A DNA stretch of 64,000 nt from an uncultured archaeon (GTDB lineage Archaea > Asgardarchaeota > Lokiarchaeia > Sigyniarchaeales > SOKP01): positions 1,250 through 65,249 of the forward strand of contig CAZGJX010000007.1 of the NCBI GenBank assembly GCA_964525635.1, in the 5' to 3' direction. Numbering within the stretch: the first letter of the stretch is position 1; each line of letters starts with the position of its first letter. The notes beneath the pieces were generated by a model that saw nothing but the letters and a program-made list of their open reading frames with translations, made no database searches and was not told the origin of the DNA. Positions 59,783 through 64,000 of the stretch are shown here, piece by piece. A program made the translations under genes and the position numbers.

Positions 59783-60083
59783 ATCTAAAATAAAAAAAAT
59801 AGTTTTACAATTTCAGAAAATTGAGTTCTTAATAAATACTGATATAATTACAGAATAAAATAATCTTAAAAAACCATAATTCTAAACGTTTAATCGGTAT
59901 TTCTAATTGAGGAGAGAGGATTTTCTCTATATTCATTTTCTATTTATTTAAATTATGATTAAGCAGAAAATAAATTAAATTTTTTAAAAAGAAATTAATA
60001 ATAACCTAAAGACTAATAAAGATTTTAATTTAATTCTAGACATACTAAACTTTTTTATAAATAATTTTTATTGGAGATTTATC

Positions 60084-61142
60084 TTGTGGAAATACGTAAG
60101 AAATTATTTACTTAATACTTTAACGTTCAGGAGAATACCTTATTCTGCTCAAATAGAACTTACGTTAAGATGTAATGCTAAATGTAAATTTTGTGCTATT
60201 CCTGGTATTCCTAATTCTTTGAAAAAAGAAGAAATGAGTACAGATCAAATTAAGAAAATAATTGATCAAATAGCTGAATTAGGAGTGTTATCTCTTTCTT
60301 TTACGGGGGGAGAACCAACTTTAAGAGAAGATCTACCTGAAATAATATATTATACAGGTAAAGTTCACAAATTTGTAACAGGATTAGCTTCAAATGGCTA
60401 TTATTTACCTAAATTACTTGAGGATAATAAATTAGAAGGATTAAATTATATTCTTCTTTCATTAGATTATCCTATAGCAGAATTACATGATAAAATGCGT
60501 GGAATTAAAGTTTTTGATAGAGCAATTGAATCAATTAAATTAGCTAATAAGAGCGGTATTAAAGTCATTATAAGTACAAATGTTATGACAAATAATATGA
60601 AATATTTACCAGAATTATGTAATTTAGCTAAATCTTTTAACTGTTGTATTGAATTATTTCCATGTGAAGATATTATTAGAAAATATAATGGACAGAAATA
60701 TAAGATTGAAAATATGGATGGGCTTGTTCCAAATTTACATTTATGGGCAAAATTTGTAAGAAATTTACAAAAGAAATATAAAAATCTCATTACAGATAGG
60801 TATAGTATTAAAACAATTGAAAGTGGTGGGTTTGGGGGCAATCCAAAATATCAAAAAGTTATTCGTTGCCATGTAGCTGAAGCATATTTATTTATCCGGC
60901 ATGACGGTTATATTGATTATCCATGTAAGATTCATCCAATAAAGAGATATAATGTATTGAATAACTCTATTTATTCGATATATAATTCAAAAGAAGTAAG
61001 AGATATCATGAAAAAATATGATGGATATGATTTCTGCGATAAATGTAGAAATGGCTGTAGTATATTGGCTAGTTTGACAACCAACAGAGCAACATTATAT
61101 GAAAAATATATTAAAAATTTCTTTAAAGGAAATGTTAAATAA
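60084..61142 (+). CDS. radical SAM protein with C-terminal twitch/SPASM-like Cys motifs
   Basis: IELTLRCNAKCKFCAI (CX3CX2C) and SFTGGEPTL. C-terminal CHVAEAYLFIRHDGYIDYPC and FCDKCRNGC. Confidence 0.7.
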   Translation: MWKYVRNYLLNTLTFRRIPYSAQIELTLRCNAKCKFCAIPGIPNSLKKEEMSTDQIKKIIDQIAELGVLSLSFTGGEPTLREDLPEIIYYTGKVHKFVTGLASNGYYLPKLLEDNKLEGLNYILLSLDYPIAELHDKMRGIKVFDRAIESIKLANKSGIKVIISTNVMTNNMKYLPELCNLAKSFNCCIELFPCEDIIRKYNGQKYKIENMDGLVPNLHLWAKFVRNLQKKYKNLITDRYSIKTIESGGFGGNPKYQKVIRCHVAEAYLFIRHDGYIDYPCKIHPIKRYNVLNNSIYSIYNSKEVRDIMKKYDGYDFCDKCRNGCSILASLTTNRATLYEKYIKNFFKGNVK

Positions 61143-61284
61143 TGATATAAATTCTATTATCTTGTCTTATTTTTATAATACTTCTTTATTTTAGGTTTTT
61201 AATAAGTTTAAATTATTTCATTTTAATTAATTTACATCAAAAAATTTAATTTGTATATAGAATTTCTAAAAATAGTGAATTATA

Positions 61285-61911
61285 ATGGCAGATGAAAATA
61301 TAATTGTTATTCTTCAAATTATGTTTATCGCTCTCGCATTAGTTATTTTTGGGAGATTTTTTAATAAATTCTTTGGTTTAACAGCCAAAGGAATGAAAAA
61401 ATATAGAGAAGAAGCCAGAAATCTTCAGGAACGTTTCAATAATGCTCGGATTGTTGGAGATGTTCAGATGTTATTACAGGTACAAACAGATATTAAACTA
61501 TTAACTAAACAGATGATGAAGAGGCAATTCTTACCTATGTGTCTAAGATGTTTTATCTTCCTTGGAATTATTATTGTCTTAATGATTATTTATGCTCCTT
61601 ATGGTTCAGCACTTCTACCATTTCCTTTATTATTTTTTGGGAGTGGTTGGTTCGCTATTTATTTTCTTTTTTCATTGGGATTTTCATTATTGTTTTATGT
61701 TATAAAAAAAATATATAAGAAAATGACAGGAAAAGAGGAAAAATCAGCAAGTTTCTTAAGAGAATTAATGAGTATGATTGTTCCAAGTCAAAATCTTTCA
61801 GATAATATGATCAATATTCAAAATCCTTCAGGAATTCAAATTCCTCAATCAATGAATAATAATAAAGATGAACCTAAAGAATCTTCATGGAAAGATAGGT
61901 TGGATTCTTAA
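61285..61911 (+). CDS. DUF106 / YidC-Oxa1-EMC3-like membrane protein
   Basis: TM1, a basic coiled coil (KKYREEARNLQERFNNAR...KLLTKQMMKRQF), then TM2 and TM3. This topology is typical of archaeal DUF106 proteins. Confidence 0.45.
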   Translation: MADENIIVILQIMFIALALVIFGRFFNKFFGLTAKGMKKYREEARNLQERFNNARIVGDVQMLLQVQTDIKLLTKQMMKRQFLPMCLRCFIFLGIIIVLMIIYAPYGSALLPFPLLFFGSGWFAIYFLFSLGFSLLFYVIKKIYKKMTGKEEKSASFLRELMSMIVPSQNLSDNMINIQNPSGIQIPQSMNNNKDEPKESSWKDRLDS

Positions 61912-62036
61912 TTTTCTCATTCAATATTAAATATAATGATAAAATACCTATAAAAATCAAAAACTAATATATTATTTAACATATCATTATCACTCTAAAA
62001 ATAGATCATTAAAATAATAAGAGTAAATGAATAAAT

Positions 62037-62519
62037 ATGGATGAACAACAAAATAATCTAAAAAAACAGTTGATATTATATCTCTTTTTTGCTATTTTAA
62101 TGATTATTTTGAATTATCTAATGCAAAAAGTAAATCAATTATTTATTGGTGATTGGATTTGCGATAATTGGGGTGATAATGATTTTATATATACCATCTA
62201 TTGTTCTACAAGCCCCTATAATATGCCAGAATTAATGGGATCCATTATTGCTGTTGGAATTACATATATTATCAAATTCTTCCTAGATAAGTTTATAGTC
62301 TTCAAGAGGAAGATATCAAAAATAAAAGAAACATCAATTGAATTTCTAAAATATTTTGGATTTGCTATATTGACAACTATAGAAAATATAGGTATTCAAT
62401 TTATATTTACAAATTTTTTCAATACTCCTTTAGAAATAAGTATGATAATCGCTTTAACGATAGGATATATCACCAAATTCTTCTTAGATAGAAAATATGT
62501 TTTTAATAAAGGATATTAA
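62037..62519 (+). CDS. GtrA-like family membrane protein
   Basis: Four TM segments with the paired motifs KFFLDKFIVF and KFFLDRKYVF characteristic of GtrA-like proteins. Confidence 0.6.
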   Translation: MDEQQNNLKKQLILYLFFAILMIILNYLMQKVNQLFIGDWICDNWGDNDFIYTIYCSTSPYNMPELMGSIIAVGITYIIKFFLDKFIVFKRKISKIKETSIEFLKYFGFAILTTIENIGIQFIFTNFFNTPLEISMIIALTIGYITKFFLDRKYVFNKGY

Positions 62520-62680
62520 AAATAATAATCTTATTAAGATTAAAGATTATGGAAATAATAGATAATGAGCTTAAAGAATGAAAAAAACCTTATTCAGTTG
62601 TTAAAAATCTAAAACATAAGACTAATGTTTTTTGCAAGCCCAAAATTATTCTAAAGGAATTTTCAAGAGGATTATACAAT

Positions 62681-63364
62681 TTAATAGAAATTCTCTTTAA
62701 TTTTTTTTTTAATGGATTGTGTCATTGTTCTTAATAGACTTTCAAACCATTTCTTGCCTTTATCTTTAGTAGCATGGTAAGGATCGCCTAAAATCCCACT
62801 TTTACTGAAATTAATTGTTTGCCAATTTTTTATTTTTTTCTTTTTAGAATTAGGATCTAACACTGGTACATACACAATATCTTCCCTTTTCAACCGATTC
62901 ATTTTTACTAAATCTGGAAATAAATATAACATCATTGATGTTTCAAATTCCCCCCCATGACAAATTCCTCCTAATTCAGAAGTTCTGATTTCATTTAGAT
63001 CTTCTTTAATTAGGGAAAAAGTATTAAATACAATTGAATTATATGGATATTTTTGTTCAATAATATTTAATGCTTGATTATTACCACCGTGAGCATTAAT
63101 AAAAATAAATTTTGAATTCATACCATCTCTATCAATAATTTTTTCGATATTAGTTATGAATTGTTCTTTTGAAATTGATTTTGTCTCTTTAAAATCATAA
63201 TGTTCAGTAGAAATTCCTATTTTAATACCATCAACCATTTCTCCTGAAAAAGAAAAAACTAAAGATTCAGTTATTTTCTTTGCTAATAAATAATCTGTAT
63301 TTGGAGGTAAATGAGGGCCATGTTGTTCATAACTTCCCACAGGGACAAAAATTATTTTATTCAA
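62681..63364 (-). CDS. arfB: creatininase-family amidohydrolase, probably ArfB (FAPy deformylase of archaeal riboflavin/F420 biosynthesis)
   Basis: GSYEQHGPHLP, INAHGGN, CHGGEFETS. Lies directly downstream of GTP cyclohydrolase III. Confidence 0.6.
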   Translation of the reverse strand: MNKIIFVPVGSYEQHGPHLPPNTDYLLAKKITESLVFSFSGEMVDGIKIGISTEHYDFKETKSISKEQFITNIEKIIDRDGMNSKFIFINAHGGNNQALNIIEQKYPYNSIVFNTFSLIKEDLNEIRTSELGGICHGGEFETSMMLYLFPDLVKMNRLKREDIVYVPVLDPNSKKKKIKNWQTINFSKSGILGDPYHATKDKGKKWFESLLRTMTQSIKKKIKENFY

Positions 63365-63409
63365 ATTAAAACACTATTTGAAATTATTAAAAAAAGATAT
63401 ATTATTAAT

Positions 63410-64000
63410 TTAGATACCTAAAATTTTATTTTGATTCTTTCCTTCTCTAATTTTACTTAAATATGCATTTGCTTCTGAGATTGCATTTAATAAATTCTTA
63501 CCTTGTCCAATACCGGCTTTTAATTTCCATGGTTTATGTTTTTTTTCATAAGCATTTAAAATATTTTCTAAGTCAGACCGTATCATATCATTAGGACAAA
63601 TACATATAAAATTATCTCCACCATTAAAAAAACAAAGTGCTTCTATTTCTTGAAAATATTCCATTAATGTTGTATAACTTTTATTCAAAGAAATATAATT
63701 AGAGTAAAAAGGATTAACATCAGTAGCTATTTTTGTATAGAAATTAATATCAATATGTGCTACTTTTACATTTCCATTAATTGGTAAATTATGTCCGTTA
63801 TGGGCTATTATACTTTTTCTTGAAGATTGAGCACTTCCATAAGATTTTAAAACATTTGAGGCCTCAATCTGAGCTTCTAATGGAGTTTTTCCAATACCAA
63901 TTCCCATACTGATTGTAATAGGAAATTTTTTTTTCACTTTATTACTAATTTCTTTATGAATTTCAATAGATATTCCATTTGTAACCGCAACTAAATTATC
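63410..64000 (-). CDS. arfA: GTP cyclohydrolase III (ArfA), N-terminus beyond the window edge
   Basis: The frame stays open to base 64000 (DNLVAVTNGISIEIHKEISNKV...). YGSAQ, VAHIDIN, FFNGGDNFICICP and LKAGIGQG match the archaeal GCH III pattern recalled from Methanocaldococcus. Confidence 0.8.
   Translation of the reverse strand, partial: DNLVAVTNGISIEIHKEISNKVKKKFPITISMGIGIGKTPLEAQIEASNVLKSYGSAQSSRKSIIAHNGHNLPINGNVKVAHIDINFYTKIATDVNPFYSNYISLNKSYTTLMEYFQEIEALCFFNGGDNFICICPNDMIRSDLENILNAYEKKHKPWKLKAGIGQGKNLLNAISEANAYLSKIREGKNQNKILGI

Overview
AT-rich (by eye about 30% GC), densely coding archaeal chromosomal segment. No rRNA, tRNA, CRISPR array or clear mobile element was seen. The left third carries a conserved archaeal information-processing block: rad50 (3' part), rpoE'/rpo7, spt4, a DUF359 dephospho-CoA kinase, rps24e, rps27ae, kae1, bud32, rps28e, rpl7ae, rpoN, rpl24e and rps6e. 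The rest mixes housekeeping genes (fae-hps, PAN, pdaD, deoxyhypusine synthase, proS, tfb, arfA/arfB) with accessory content. The accessory genes include a surface-protein module with an LVIVD-repeat protein and a membrane-tethered double wHTH regulator. They also include a PAS histidine kinase, a corrinoid/URO-D methyltransferase pair, a GlpA-like three-gene oxidoreductase operon, a heterodimeric ABC exporter and two radical SAM genes. Gene content and composition would fit an AT-rich Asgard/Lokiarchaeia-like or related archaeon, but that is a guess. The observations most worth a second look are these. (1) rps27ae is interrupted by a 30-nt in-frame segment carrying a stop codon, and it folds into a bulge-helix-bulge-like motif, so it is a candidate mRNA intron. 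(2) A 787-aa ORF fuses an EF-G/EF-Tu-like translational GTPase scaffold to a YqgF/RuvX-type RNase H-fold nuclease domain. (3) The conserved N-termini of rpoN and kae1 lie upstream of any ATG/GTG/TTG, implying ATT/ATC/ATA initiation. (4) An alpha/beta-hydrolase gene is broken only by two same-frame TAA codons. (5) A roughly 2-kb ORF-poor island holds a perfect hairpin and a highly acidic micro-ORF. All functional calls come from motif recognition by eye; no database search was possible.
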